The translations under genes and the position numbers were made by a program. This document shows, in pieces, positions 51,254-61,854 of a stretch of DNA of 64,000 bases (position 1 is the stretch's first letter; every line of letters starts with the position of its first letter). The notes beneath the pieces were generated by a model. It searched no databases, was not told the DNA's origin, and saw only the letters and a list, made by a program, of their open reading frames with translations. The stretch is taken from the NCBI GenBank assembly GCA_021525805.1, contig GCA_021525805.1_3940.1. One strand, written 5' to 3'. Origin of the DNA: a phage.

Positions 51254-53983
51254 TCAATGTACCTCCAACCAGCTCTTGCCAACCTTTGCTGTACCAGTTA
51301 CAAGTGTTTCTTTCCTCAAACCTAAGTTTTTTGAAGCTTGTCCATACATCCAGTCAGCAATTGCTTTCATATCCTGTGTCATACCCTCTGGACATTCCCA
51401 ACTATTTTCATCGTGATATGCCAGAAGTAACCTTGCTCCGATAGCTGGTTTTCGAGCATTCAGTTTTGTCAGGCCATCTTCACAGGCTTTTCTTGCTGCT
51501 AGGTTGATGGCCTCATTCTGAATCTGTGCTTCCGAACTCATCAGGAGGTAGTTCAGTAGTTTATGTGGAGATTTGCACCATATCCATGCTCCAGCGACCC
51601 TGATATAACCACCTTTAGCAATTGAAGAATTCTTCCCAAAAACCTCTTCCAGAGCCTTTTTAGACGCCTTAAAATCGGCTTCTAAGCTATCAAGTAACTT
51701 CTTAATCTTTGGCAGACGCATATAGTAAGTTTGTTTAGTCAATGCACCCTCTTCCGTAGATGATGCCTTGATAGTTTTTGCAAACTTCTCGTCTCCGGCT
51801 CCAAATAACAGGGCGTAGATGCCATTTTTGCTCTTCTTACGACCTTTTGTAATCTCGTGAAGAAGTTCCTCATCCTGTGTCTCCCTGCAACGAACAATAT
51901 CCTCTTCTTTGTTAAGACCAAAGTAAATACTGTTCAGTGTATGCGCATCAGTCCCTGTGTAGACTTCATAGAGGTCATTTTCAGCATCATAACGCAGATA
52001 CTTGTCAGTTTCTGGGTTAAGATACTTGTCAAGATGTTTACAGTAGTATCTACCATCATCTTGCTTAGTGAACTCCACTGACTCTTTACCCTCAGTTACC
52101 GCTTTAGTGAAGTCTTCATCACCCATAAAGTTACAAAGGAGAACTAGCTGGGCTGAGTTTTGGTCAACAGAAACAATGTTAGTCCCCTCTTCACAAATCC
52201 ACACTGCCCTCATAGGTGCTCCGTAGACAGCAGCACCAGACGGTACGTTTACAATACCATACTGTGTCATACGTCCAGTTGAAGTACCAAACACCATTGC
52301 ACCAGCACTAAGGCGACCATCAGGACGAATCTGGTTCAACCAACCTTTTTCATCATCCTTTGAGTTCTCAATAGTTCTGCGTCGGTGCATCAAAGTATAG
52401 TATTTAGCAATCTTCTGTCCAAGCTCACCTTCAATTGTATCATAAGATGATTCAGTAAGCTTTGGTGAAGTACGGATTAAGCAAGGCTCAAGCAAATCTG
52501 TGTATTTCTTCACAGACCAGTTATGCTCAATGTACTGTACACCTTCATGCTCAACATAGCTCAAACCACACCGCTCAACCATTTCCTGCCACTTAGGATG
52601 CTTTGTAATCATCTTTTTATTGTCTTTGAAACGACAAACCTTAACAGGACGACCATCTGAGTCTTTCTTGTAGTTCCAGTCATCTGGAATCCAACCAACT
52701 GATTTCAAGTAGTCTTTAACAACTGCTACCTGAGTCATACGAGAAACTTCGAACTCAATTGGTGTATATGGTGCATCAATCAAACCTGTGTAGCGACTTG
52801 ACTCAAGTTCAAAGTGATTGACAACGTGACTGTTATAGTACTTCACAGTCTTGACTGTTTTTACTGGTTTCCAGTCTTTGCATTTTTTGCCAATCTTTGC
52901 ATTCAACTCGTTGCAGATTGCACGAGCATCCTTCATTGCTACAAAGCCTTCCTTGTATTCTTCACCAGTTACAGTGTTGGTTGGCGTATAGCAATTCCTT
53001 TTTTCAATGTTAAAAATCTTTGTAGTTGGCTTACCAAATGGCTTGATTTCATATGTCTGCATCTCACCGTTACGTACCTGCTGACGATACTTTGTCTTAG
53101 GGTACTTGGTAATTCTTTTCAGTCCATCTGCATGACCGAATGTTTCAACATACTCATTCCAAGCTTTTGCAAACTCTTCTCCAGTGACTTTACCTTTGGT
53201 CTTAATAGTTGGAGGTAGATGTGGTTCAACCTCTGAAGCAAGCTCATTAGTCAACTTGTCAAGTTCCTTTACATGGAACTCCATAAGCTCTTTATCAGCT
53301 TTCCAGCCATTGATAGCTTGTTGACTCATCCAGAAAGATGTTTCTTTAGCTCGCATGTAGGTTTCATAAGTGTCTATGCCACACTTCTTAAGCTTGAGAT
53401 ATTCATTATCAAGTGCCCGTTTAGTTTTGGCGTTAATACGGATATCTTCTACAACACGAGTGAAGATTTCTGCATTCCACACACCCCAATGTTCAATCTC
53501 TGGTTTACGAACACCAACACGAGCACCCCATGCAGCCAAACCATGAGCACCTTTATAACCCTTTGGAGTTGGTCTATCCATCCACTGAACACGAGACTGG
53601 ATAAGAGAATCCTGAAAGAAATTACTCCACGGTTTACACTTTGGATTATCAAAGTTCCATAAATCAGGTGCAATGTGATTGAAAACCCACCAGTCATAAC
53701 CGAGGCCGTTATGGATGCAAAGTCGTTTTGCCTTTAACGCAAACTCAACACCTTCACGTAAACCACCCTTGATGTACTTAGTGTACTTGTGACCGAGGAT
53801 AGGCTCATCTGTAAAGACCCATACAGGTGGCTCTTCATCGTCAGATTTATAATCTGCGAAAGCCATTACGTGCACTTTAGTGAACTCAAGGAGTAAACCA
53901 TCAGTTTCTGTATCACCAACTAAATGTAAGTTTTTAAAATCTACGTTTTCCATTTTTACTCCCTCTAAAATCATTAACCTCAT
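51254..53983 (-). CDS. DNA polymerase, family A, with 3'-5' exonuclease domain
   Basis: 909 aa; N-terminal exo motif VGDTETDG; motif-B-like KKSKNGIYALLFGAG; motif-C-like LLLAYHDENSWECPEG. Confidence 0.8.
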   Translation of the reverse strand: MRLMILEGVKMENVDFKNLHLVGDTETDGLLLEFTKVHVMAFADYKSDDEEPPVWVFTDEPILGHKYTKYIKGGLREGVEFALKAKRLCIHNGLGYDWWVFNHIAPDLWNFDNPKCKPWSNFFQDSLIQSRVQWMDRPTPKGYKGAHGLAAWGARVGVRKPEIEHWGVWNAEIFTRVVEDIRINAKTKRALDNEYLKLKKCGIDTYETYMRAKETSFWMSQQAINGWKADKELMEFHVKELDKLTNELASEVEPHLPPTIKTKGKVTGEEFAKAWNEYVETFGHADGLKRITKYPKTKYRQQVRNGEMQTYEIKPFGKPTTKIFNIEKRNCYTPTNTVTGEEYKEGFVAMKDARAICNELNAKIGKKCKDWKPVKTVKTVKYYNSHVVNHFELESSRYTGLIDAPYTPIEFEVSRMTQVAVVKDYLKSVGWIPDDWNYKKDSDGRPVKVCRFKDNKKMITKHPKWQEMVERCGLSYVEHEGVQYIEHNWSVKKYTDLLEPCLIRTSPKLTESSYDTIEGELGQKIAKYYTLMHRRRTIENSKDDEKGWLNQIRPDGRLSAGAMVFGTSTGRMTQYGIVNVPSGAAVYGAPMRAVWICEEGTNIVSVDQNSAQLVLLCNFMGDEDFTKAVTEGKESVEFTKQDDGRYYCKHLDKYLNPETDKYLRYDAENDLYEVYTGTDAHTLNSIYFGLNKEEDIVRCRETQDEELLHEITKGRKKSKNGIYALLFGAGDEKFAKTIKASSTEEGALTKQTYYMRLPKIKKLLDSLEADFKASKKALEEVFGKNSSIAKGGYIRVAGAWIWCKSPHKLLNYLLMSSEAQIQNEAINLAARKACEDGLTKLNARKPAIGARLLLAYHDENSWECPEGMTQDMKAIADWMYGQASKNLGLRKETLVTGTAKVGKSWLEVH

Positions 53984-54013
53984 ACATTACTGCAAAAAAT
54001 TATAAAAAGCAAG

Positions 54014-54042
54014 TTGACAATGCACTTGACAAGGTGTTAATC
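54014..54042 (+). promoter_or_regulatory. putative sigma70-type promoter (tandem TTGACA)
   Basis: AAGTTGACAATGCACTTGACAAGGTGTTAATCT in divergent intergenic region. Confidence 0.45.
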
Positions 54043-54210
54043 TTTGCGAAGTGGGTTTTTACTTAAAAGGTTACTTAACAGTTTAACTATACAGATACTT
54101 TAAAACTCTTAAAAGATTATTTAATAGCTTTTAAAAAGCTTTAAAGTATAACGTATAGAATACGTTAAGATAAAAGATTAAAACTTAATAGTTACTTAAA
54201 AGAGGCTTAC

Positions 54211-54633
54211 ATGCAGAAAATGTTTGTTCACCCAGACATAGCTGACTTTGTTAGAGCTTTGCAGAAGTTGGAAGAACTTGACATTGCTGCTCAACGGGAA
54301 TATGCTCACCATCACAGGAGAATGGTTGATATACAACATGAAATAGAGTTGTCTGAAAACTATGAAGATGACTTAAAATGCTCTGTATTTGAGCATATGA
54401 AAGATGTTGCTACAGCGAGACGTAAAGCTAAAGACACAGTTGCTTTACTAGATTCTCTTAAAAAGAGGTTGCAAAGTGGTACAGACCTGTGTAATCTAGC
54501 GTCACTGATTAACGATGTTGAAACTTCTTGTGATAGGCACTATTATCCACGTTCTGAAAAGACACTTGACTTTTCTTCATCCGAAAACTTAAAATGTTCT
54601 AGAAAGAAACTCAACCAACTGAGAGAGAAATAA
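54211..54633 (+). CDS. hypothetical protein
   Basis: 140-aa ORF. Confidence 0.55.
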   Translation: MQKMFVHPDIADFVRALQKLEELDIAAQREYAHHHRRMVDIQHEIELSENYEDDLKCSVFEHMKDVATARRKAKDTVALLDSLKKRLQSGTDLCNLASLINDVETSCDRHYYPRSEKTLDFSSSENLKCSRKKLNQLREK

Positions 54634-54634
54634 T

Positions 54635-55435
54635 ATGAATATCAATGTAGAAAAGATGCTTGAAGAAAAAGGTATTGACGAAGCGTTCTTAATCAATGCC
54701 GTAGAAAGCATGGCTATGATTCTTCGTGGCAACAACTACACAGAACAGTTTATGCCTGCAAGCTATAACTTGCCTGAAGACAAGTCTGATAACGGTGCTT
54801 TTGCAGAACAGGTCAACATGATGCTTTGCGACAAAACACTTGCTTTAGCATCTATCGTTGTAGGTGTTGATGCTCTTGCAGAGTTCATTTTTTATGAGAT
54901 GCAGAAAAATGACTATATTGCCATGACCACTGAAGAAAAAGACTTGCTACTACTCGCAGGTAATGATGAACTAATTGACCTGTTAATTTCATCAACTAGT
55001 GCTGTTATGGCTGCTCTTGAGAAGCGCATGGAAGAGAAACTTTCACGATATGAAAAACTTGATTGGGGTGTAGAAGAATTAAACCCACGAATCAAAGAGA
55101 TTATCCAGCAAACTAAAGAGTCTTTGGAAGAAGCTGTTGAGAATGACTCTGTAGCTGACATCGAACCACTTCAGGTGAAAGTTGCACTGATGATTCCAGC
55201 TATCTCTACGATGATGAATATCGTTGCGCTAGTCCAACTGTCACAGATGATGAGTGTGAGTATTGAGTTCATTGAGGAGATGACTGGTGGTGTCAGTATG
55301 CAAGCAATCAACGATGTTTTGGTGAACATTGGTGCTTCCATCATTGAAGAGAAACTACGCATTAACTTCGGTGATGATTTTGTGAAGCAACTTTCAGCTA
55401 TGGCTGAAAAAGAGTCTGCTGAGCAACTGCACTAA
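54635..55435 (+). CDS. hypothetical protein
   Basis: 266-aa ORF. Confidence 0.55.
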   Translation: MNINVEKMLEEKGIDEAFLINAVESMAMILRGNNYTEQFMPASYNLPEDKSDNGAFAEQVNMMLCDKTLALASIVVGVDALAEFIFYEMQKNDYIAMTTEEKDLLLLAGNDELIDLLISSTSAVMAALEKRMEEKLSRYEKLDWGVEELNPRIKEIIQQTKESLEEAVENDSVADIEPLQVKVALMIPAISTMMNIVALVQLSQMMSVSIEFIEEMTGGVSMQAINDVLVNIGASIIEEKLRINFGDDFVKQLSAMAEKESAEQLH

Positions 55436-55496
55436 GTCTTTATAAATTTTACAAGCCTCCTTAGTTGGGGGCTTTTTAGTAATTAAGGGAGTTAAA

Positions 55497-56240
55497 ATGA
55501 GTAATATTATTGCATTTACTGGAAAGGCACGTTCTGGAAAAGACACCTCGTGTTCTATTGTGAAGAATATCTTAGAGGATGAGTACGGCTACAATGTTGC
55601 AGTAATGGCCTTTGCAGACAACCTTAAACTATCTGCATCAAAGATATTTGACCTGACTTGGAATGACCTGTATGGTGAAACTAAAGAGACTCCACAGGTA
55701 TTTGACTTATCATATCCTGAACTGATGTTTAAAGTTACGGAAGCTATGGAGTTCACCTTCAGAGATGAACGTTACCATATGGACTTCAAGCTTATGTCAG
55801 AGTTAACCGGACGATTAATCATGGAGCTTAAGAAGGTTGCTAAACCGACTCTATTGACACGTCTGGGTTTTAGCAAAAAGTATAAATTCTCATCAAGACA
55901 AATTCAACAGATTTGGGGCACTGAAGTTATCCGTAAAGTTATGGGTGACAAGTTCTGGTCTAAAGACCTTGAAAAAAGAATGGTTAGATTCCATGAAAGT
56001 TGTTCACTTAGAAATCAATATGGTTTTGTCTTAATCAGTGATTTAAGATTTGACTCTGAAGTTGAGTGGCTGAGTAGATTTGCACACCAAACCATTGAAG
56101 TAAAAAGAGACAATGTTGGCAAAGTTTCATCACATGTTTCAGAAAATGGGATTTCTACCAAATATGCGCGTGACATTATCCATAATAATGGTACTCTTAT
56201 AGACCTTGAGAACAAGCTAAGAGCCATCATTAAAGTTTAA
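55497..56240 (+). CDS. deoxynucleoside monophosphate kinase
   Basis: 247 aa; N-terminal P-loop IIAFTGKARSGKDT as in phage dNMP kinases. Confidence 0.75.
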   Translation: MSNIIAFTGKARSGKDTSCSIVKNILEDEYGYNVAVMAFADNLKLSASKIFDLTWNDLYGETKETPQVFDLSYPELMFKVTEAMEFTFRDERYHMDFKLMSELTGRLIMELKKVAKPTLLTRLGFSKKYKFSSRQIQQIWGTEVIRKVMGDKFWSKDLEKRMVRFHESCSLRNQYGFVLISDLRFDSEVEWLSRFAHQTIEVKRDNVGKVSSHVSENGISTKYARDIIHNNGTLIDLENKLRAIIKV

Positions 56241-56248
56241 AAGAGAGA

Positions 56249-56449
56249 ATGAAGATGAGAGTAAAAGACAATTTTAAAGTTATTGACTACCGTTTAGTGG
56301 AACTCTCATCTCTTTCCGATGAGGTGATGATTGAACGCCTTAAGAGAGTTGAATCACGAAGGAAAGAGATTGCAGATGAAATTCATGAACTGGACAAGAT
56401 TGAAAATGGATTGAAGGCAGAACTACAACGAAGAGGTGCTAATGTCTAA
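56249..56449 (+). CDS. hypothetical small coiled-coil protein
   Basis: 66-aa ORF overlapping primase-helicase start. Confidence 0.4.
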   Translation: MKMRVKDNFKVIDYRLVELSSLSDEVMIERLKRVESRRKEIADEIHELDKIENGLKAELQRRGANV

Positions 56450-58427
56450 AGGTCGTAAATTGAAAGAGGCTGGTCAGTTTATTGGTCATTGTGCATGTCC
56501 ACGTTGTGGTTCATCAGATGCTGGTTCAATCTATCATCATGACGATGATTCTTATTCTATGACTTGCTTTAGCTGTAACAAAGGTTTCCCAGAGTGGGAT
56601 TTTGATAAAGGACAAATCGTGAGCACTTATTCTACTGGTTCAGATAACAAAAACCGTACTTTCCGTGGAATGGATTTAGACGATGTAAAAGAAAACCTAG
56701 AAGCAATGGACTTGAAAGATAGGAAGATTCCTGCAAAAGTCCTTGAACGCTTAGGTATCAAGGTTGACATTGACAGTGACGGTGAAATTGATGCACATTT
56801 CTACCCAACTTACAAACGCAATGAAGATGGTAAGCTAGAGCATGTTGGCTACCGTGTTCGTCACCGTTATCCCGAAGACCATCCAAAAGAACACCTACGT
56901 GGTAAGCTAAAAGACTTCTCAGGTGGTGTTGGAGACATTAAAGGTGAACTGGCAATGTTCGGTTCATGGATTGCTCCAGAAGGTGGTAACCGTCTATTCA
57001 TCTGGGAAGGTGAGATGGAATGTGCGACAGCAATCTATATGACTTCTCTTGCGATTAAGGACAAGTCTCGTCGTAAGAATTACTGTCACGTATCTGTCCC
57101 ATCAGGTGCAAACATTAAGTCTATCAAAGACAACTATCAGTACATCACATCATTTGATGAGATTTACTTGTGCTTTGATAATGATGAAGCAGGTGCTAAA
57201 GCCACTAAAGAGGCTGCTGGCATTCTCCCTATCGAGAAGGTTCGTTTATTCCAGTATCCAGAGGGTGTGAAAGACCTTAACGAGTGGTGGACAAAGTTCT
57301 ATAAAGAGAAAGATACAGTTCTGGAAGGATTTAAGCAGCGTATCTACAACGCACCTCGTTACTGCCCTGCTGGTATCAAGAACTTTGCAGACGGTTTTGA
57401 GGCAATGAAGAATCGTGGTCAGATTCCATTGATTCCTTTCCCAGAATCTTTCGGGGATTTGAACAGACTGACTTATGGTGGTTACGGTTTAGGTGAGATT
57501 ACAACTCTGGCAGCACCATCCTCAGTAGGTAAATCAGCTTACACCCGTGAAATGATTTACACTGCTTGGAAAGAAACTGATTATAATATTGGTGTAATTC
57601 CTGTAGAAGATACCTATGAAGAGTTGATGGAGATGCTCTGTGCAATCCACCTTAGCAAGCAGATTTCTGAGATTCCTTATGATGAACGTGATTGGGATGA
57701 ATTGAAGGAGGCACACGCAGAACTGTCTAAAGGTCGTCGTATCCACATCGTTGACCATCAAGGGGCAATTGACCAAGATAACTTGCTGGAATTTGTTGAC
57801 TATCTTGTTAATAGTTTAGACTGTAAGATTATTATTCTTGACCCTATTACGTTGGCTCTGTCACGTTCAGATACGGATGAAGAGGAAGTTTTGTCTGAGC
57901 TATTGCGTCGTTGTAAACGCTACCAGTATGCACAGGTTAACGTCTGTCACGTTCGTAAGAGTGCAGGTGGTCAGAAGGCTAACTCTGAAGGTGGGGATAT
58001 CTCTGAAGAGGATATTAAAGGTTCTGGTGCGTATTTCCAGATTTCTATGAACAACATCCTGTTAATGCGTAACAAGGTTGACCCAGACCCTGTTAAGAAA
58101 AACTTGACAAAAATCAAGCTAACTAAATGTCGTCGTCACGGTAAGTCAACGGGTATTGCTGGCCATACTTGGTACAATCCAGACACAGGACGTCTTATCA
58201 AAGCATCGGGTTGTGGAGTTGACATTGATGGTGCAGCAGAAAATATTCGTCAACAGTTTGGTATTGGTGAAGCTGAAGACCATTATGATGACTCTTTGCC
58301 TCATTATGAGGATGAAGTGTTTGACCGTGAAACTGGTGAAGTCTATACTGATGAGCAGCGTCAAAGCTCAACGATTCCACCTGTATTAAGTGAGGATGCA
58401 GATGACTGCCCGTTCGAAACTGAGTGA
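56436..58427 (+). CDS. DNA primase-helicase (T7 gp4-like)
   Basis: 663 aa; N-terminal zinc ribbon CPRCGSSD ... CFSCNKGF; helicase Walker A LAAPSSVGKSAYT; DnaB-like C-terminal domain. Confidence 0.85.
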   Translation: MLMSKGRKLKEAGQFIGHCACPRCGSSDAGSIYHHDDDSYSMTCFSCNKGFPEWDFDKGQIVSTYSTGSDNKNRTFRGMDLDDVKENLEAMDLKDRKIPAKVLERLGIKVDIDSDGEIDAHFYPTYKRNEDGKLEHVGYRVRHRYPEDHPKEHLRGKLKDFSGGVGDIKGELAMFGSWIAPEGGNRLFIWEGEMECATAIYMTSLAIKDKSRRKNYCHVSVPSGANIKSIKDNYQYITSFDEIYLCFDNDEAGAKATKEAAGILPIEKVRLFQYPEGVKDLNEWWTKFYKEKDTVLEGFKQRIYNAPRYCPAGIKNFADGFEAMKNRGQIPLIPFPESFGDLNRLTYGGYGLGEITTLAAPSSVGKSAYTREMIYTAWKETDYNIGVIPVEDTYEELMEMLCAIHLSKQISEIPYDERDWDELKEAHAELSKGRRIHIVDHQGAIDQDNLLEFVDYLVNSLDCKIIILDPITLALSRSDTDEEEVLSELLRRCKRYQYAQVNVCHVRKSAGGQKANSEGGDISEEDIKGSGAYFQISMNNILLMRNKVDPDPVKKNLTKIKLTKCRRHGKSTGIAGHTWYNPDTGRLIKASGCGVDIDGAAENIRQQFGIGEAEDHYDDSLPHYEDEVFDRETGEVYTDEQRQSSTIPPVLSEDADDCPFETE

Positions 58428-58836
58428 TAGCTATAAAAGAGAGGGGTTCATACCCTTCTTTGAAGAAAAAAGTTTAAATAAATTTCAGGAAGAGTGTTTG
58501 ACAAAGGTTGATAGGTTCTATAGAATGCTCTACATGAAATGTGATGGGGGTGTCGAAGTAGAGAAAAAGTACTATCACAATACTGTCACAGTCATCATCA
58601 CTATACCTGAACATAATATTGGTTGGCTGTTTGTAATAAAAGAAAATGTGTTTGAATATCAAGTATATCGGAGAATATCATGAAACACTCTAAAGCATTT
58701 GAAAAAGTTTTTGGGGATTCCTTAAAAGCCACTGCTGGAAAACCAGCAAAATACTATGAAGAGAAGCGTGTAAGAACTGGAAAAACTGCACGTAAAGCAG
58801 CTTCTAAAGATAAGCACAACTTCCAGTAATTAATGT

Positions 58837-58865
58837 TTGACAATAGAGTATCAACAAATTAGAAT
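58837..58865 (+). promoter_or_regulatory. putative sigma70-type promoter
   Basis: TTGACA 58837-58842, 17-nt spacer, TAGAAT. Confidence 0.5.
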
Positions 58866-58901
58866 TGGTACTCTTCATAAATTGAGATAGAGGTTTAAAT
58901 A

Positions 58902-59759
58902 ATGTCTAAAGTTGTTAAAATGAAAGCTCCGGTAGAGAAGTACAACGGTACTGAACGTCAAACTCTGCGTTACCTTCTGAAAGATGTCTGGTTTTATTAC
59001 CTGAACACTTCACCACGTCCGGGAAAAGGTAAGTCTATTGATAAGAAATTTCCAGGCAAAGATTGTAACTACAGCGTATCAATTCTGGCAGAAGACGGTA
59101 ACAAACTGTTTAAAGAGTTTACTAAGTCTAAGAAAAATCCAGAAGGCTGGGATAAAGTCACTACTGAAGCAGTTGATGCAGACGACTTTGAAGAGAAGTT
59201 TGGTTGTAAACCACCTTTTGAAGCAGACACTTACTACATCTTGAAAGTAAGTCGTGCAGCAGCTTATAAAGATGGTGCTGTATGGACAGCTAAACAGTCA
59301 TTCCCTGTAATGCTGATTGAAGAAGTAAATGGTAAGCGTGTAGCTGTTAAGCAGCCGATGAAGAAAATCAAAGCTCAAGCATCTGACAAACACGAAGATG
59401 ACAAGAACTATGATGTAATTCATCCAGATATTGCAGTTGGTAACGGTTCTTTTGGTAGTGTGATTCTTTCTACTCACTTCTACACTTTTGAGAACAATGT
59501 TCTGACAAAACCTATTCAGGAACAGTTTATCATTGATACTCTTGTACCTTACACTGGTGGTAACGGTGCTAATGGTGAACCTGAACTGGATGAAGATGAA
59601 CTAGCTATGCTTGGTCTTGATGGTGTTGAAGATAACGGTGAAATCACTGAAGAAGACGCAACAGACCATAAATCTTCGAATGATTCTGATGATGGTGATG
59701 ATGAAGACTTGCCAGACCCAGATGACGAAGAAGATGAAGACTTCGATACAGAAGATTAA
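58902..59759 (+). CDS. putative single-stranded DNA-binding protein
   Basis: 285 aa with strongly acidic C-terminal tail DDEEDEDFDTED; position in replication block. Confidence 0.45.
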   Translation: MSKVVKMKAPVEKYNGTERQTLRYLLKDVWFYYLNTSPRPGKGKSIDKKFPGKDCNYSVSILAEDGNKLFKEFTKSKKNPEGWDKVTTEAVDADDFEEKFGCKPPFEADTYYILKVSRAAAYKDGAVWTAKQSFPVMLIEEVNGKRVAVKQPMKKIKAQASDKHEDDKNYDVIHPDIAVGNGSFGSVILSTHFYTFENNVLTKPIQEQFIIDTLVPYTGGNGANGEPELDEDELAMLGLDGVEDNGEITEEDATDHKSSNDSDDGDDEDLPDPDDEEDEDFDTED

Positions 59760-59820
59760 TCTCTAAAGTTACTTTAAAGCCCTGTACTCCGTATGGGGCT
59801 TTTTCATATGGAGAGCCATA

Positions 59821-60867
59821 ATGGAGAAGTACACATTAACAAAACTTCCCGATTCAGTTACACATGTTTTTATTGACTCTGACAGTATTGCCTATAAAGG
59901 TGCTTGTGTAGTTGAGAAAGCAAAGTATAAATATGTCAATAAACTCACAGCAGAAGAGTCTGAACCATTTGATAATGCGAAAGATGCTGCAAGATGGTTA
60001 GCAGACCAGAGAATCCTTGTGGAAGAGCTTGGCCTGACATTTGATGAAGATGAATGGGAAAGACAGACTTGGAAAGAAGCTAAGAGTGAAAAAGAAGCTA
60101 TCATGGCTACTCAACAGGTGCTTCAGGAATGGCTTAAGGTTGTTGGTAAAGAAAGAACTTGGGTAGGTTATTTAACAGAGAAGGGTGTGCATAAACATAA
60201 AGACATTAAAGGTCTTGAGCACCAATATCAAGGTAATCGTAAAGATGCTGTCACACCAACACACTTAGTTGCTTGTCGTGAGTATCTTCTGTCAAGACCA
60301 GAGTTCAAATTGATTCTTGATGGATTTGAAGCTGACTCTATCGTAATTGCTAAAGCTGAAAAGATGGGTAAAAAGGCTGCCTTAATGAGTATTGATAAAG
60401 ACCTTCGACAAGCTGAAGGGACTTACTGTATTGATATGACTTATGAAAAGTCGCCTTTGATTTTCATTGCTGATAACAACGTTGGTGAAATTTGGGATTG
60501 TCCAATAAAATCGACACCAAAAGCTAAGAAGACAGTTGGGGTAGGTTTTAAATTTCTTTGTTACCAAGCTGTGGCTGGTGATAATGCGGATAACTATTTT
60601 GGTTTAAAGGGCGTTGGTAAGGCTGCTGTAATGAAAGCCCTTGAAGGTAAAACTACTTACAAAGAGTGTCTTGATGCTATCTATGAACTTTATGCTAAGA
60701 AAGAGTCATACACTTATGTCTCGTGGGATGGTCAAACAATTACCAGAACACCTTTAGAGTTAATGCAGCAACACTTTTTCTTAGCTTATCAGGAAAGAAA
60801 CAAGAAAGACGATTTTACTTTTGATAAGTATGGGTGGACACCAAATGTTAACTCAACAAACTCTTAA
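59821..60867 (+). CDS. 5'-3' exonuclease / flap endonuclease (FEN, RNase H-like)
   Basis: 348 aa; Asp-rich N-terminus VFIDSDSIAY; helix-hairpin-helix-like AGDNADNYFGLKGVGKAAVMKAL. Confidence 0.6.
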   Translation: MEKYTLTKLPDSVTHVFIDSDSIAYKGACVVEKAKYKYVNKLTAEESEPFDNAKDAARWLADQRILVEELGLTFDEDEWERQTWKEAKSEKEAIMATQQVLQEWLKVVGKERTWVGYLTEKGVHKHKDIKGLEHQYQGNRKDAVTPTHLVACREYLLSRPEFKLILDGFEADSIVIAKAEKMGKKAALMSIDKDLRQAEGTYCIDMTYEKSPLIFIADNNVGEIWDCPIKSTPKAKKTVGVGFKFLCYQAVAGDNADNYFGLKGVGKAAVMKALEGKTTYKECLDAIYELYAKKESYTYVSWDGQTITRTPLELMQQHFFLAYQERNKKDDFTFDKYGWTPNVNSTNS

Positions 60868-61336
60868 AGAGTACCTACATTATGACCCCGAAACAGGGGT
60901 CTTTACTTGGATTAAGAAGTCTGCTAGACACACAAAAATTGGCTCTGTTGCAGGTACAAATTTAAAAGGTTACACCAGAATTTATTTGTTTGGTAAGGGC
61001 TATTATGCACATACACTAGCTGTTCTGTATATGGATGGTTACCTCCCTGAGTGTGTTGACCATAAAAATCATGTAACACTAGATAACCGCTGGGTAAATC
61101 TTAGAGCATGTACGTTATCAGAGAACCAATGTAATAGATTGCTCAATAAGAACAATAAATCAGGTGTTAAAGGTGTGTACTACAAAAAACAGTATGGTAA
61201 GTGGTCTACACAGATAACTTTTAAGAAGAGGGTCTACTTCTTCGGCAACTATGACACTATTGATGAAGCAGCAGAGGTTGTAAATAGGGAACGTCAACGT
61301 TTACACAAAGAGTTTGCTAATAAAGGTGATGAATGA
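60845..61336 (+). CDS. HNH homing endonuclease with AP2-like domain (start refined from track ORF 60821..61336)
   Basis: paralogous to 50717..51250 (LHYDPETGVFTW ... DHKNHVTLDNRWVNLR ... SGVKGVYYKKQYGKWSTQITFKKRVYFFGNYDTIDEAAE); ATG at 60845 has GGTGGA RBS. Confidence 0.75.
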   Translation: MLTQQTLKEYLHYDPETGVFTWIKKSARHTKIGSVAGTNLKGYTRIYLFGKGYYAHTLAVLYMDGYLPECVDHKNHVTLDNRWVNLRACTLSENQCNRLLNKNNKSGVKGVYYKKQYGKWSTQITFKKRVYFFGNYDTIDEAAEVVNRERQRLHKEFANKGDE

Positions 61337-61833
61337 GAAAAATAAAAGGTTTTGGCAATTGCCCTGAATATGGACATTGGGTTTCACTATGTGGTGAAGT
61401 TGACCCAGCAAAGCACTTTGGTTTTGTCTACCTAGTGTACTGCAAAAAGACTGGACAGTACTATTTGGGTAAGAAACAGTTTAATAGCGTGACCAAAAGA
61501 AAAGTTGCTGGTAAGACTCGGAAGAAGGTAGTCACTAAGGAGAGTGATTGGATGACTTATGAGACTTCTTCTGAGTATATTAAAAAAGATATTGAGAGCT
61601 TTGGAAAAGAATTTTTTGACTTTTACATTATCCAGACCTACTACACAAAAGGTGGCCTAGTCTATGGTGAAGCAAACCTTCAACATAAATTCGATGTAAT
61701 GACAAAAAGGATTGACTCGAAGCTCAGACTCTTCTACAATGCCAATATTGCAGCAATTAAGTTTATTACTAAAGAAACTTATGAAGATGCTGAAAAAAGA
61801 ATCCATAAGGTAATGAAAGCAAATCGTGCTTGA
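61333..61833 (+). CDS. putative GIY-YIG-like homing endonuclease
   Basis: 166 aa; GFVYLVYCKKTGQYYLGKK resembles GIY...YIG motif. Confidence 0.45.
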   Translation: MRKIKGFGNCPEYGHWVSLCGEVDPAKHFGFVYLVYCKKTGQYYLGKKQFNSVTKRKVAGKTRKKVVTKESDWMTYETSSEYIKKDIESFGKEFFDFYIIQTYYTKGGLVYGEANLQHKFDVMTKRIDSKLRLFYNANIAAIKFITKETYEDAEKRIHKVMKANRA

Positions 61834-61854
61834 TAACTATTGAGAGAGAATAAA

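Noticed and set aside
51739-53697. Several 60-134-aa ORFs on both strands within 51254..53983
   Set aside because: All lie inside the DNA polymerase gene; hydrophobic, low-complexity translations.
58390-58683. 97-aa + strand ORF overlapping the 3' end of primase-helicase
   Set aside because: Overlaps the well-supported helicase gene by 38 nt; a shorter downstream ORF (about 58680-58829, 49 aa) is also possible. Neither could be supported.
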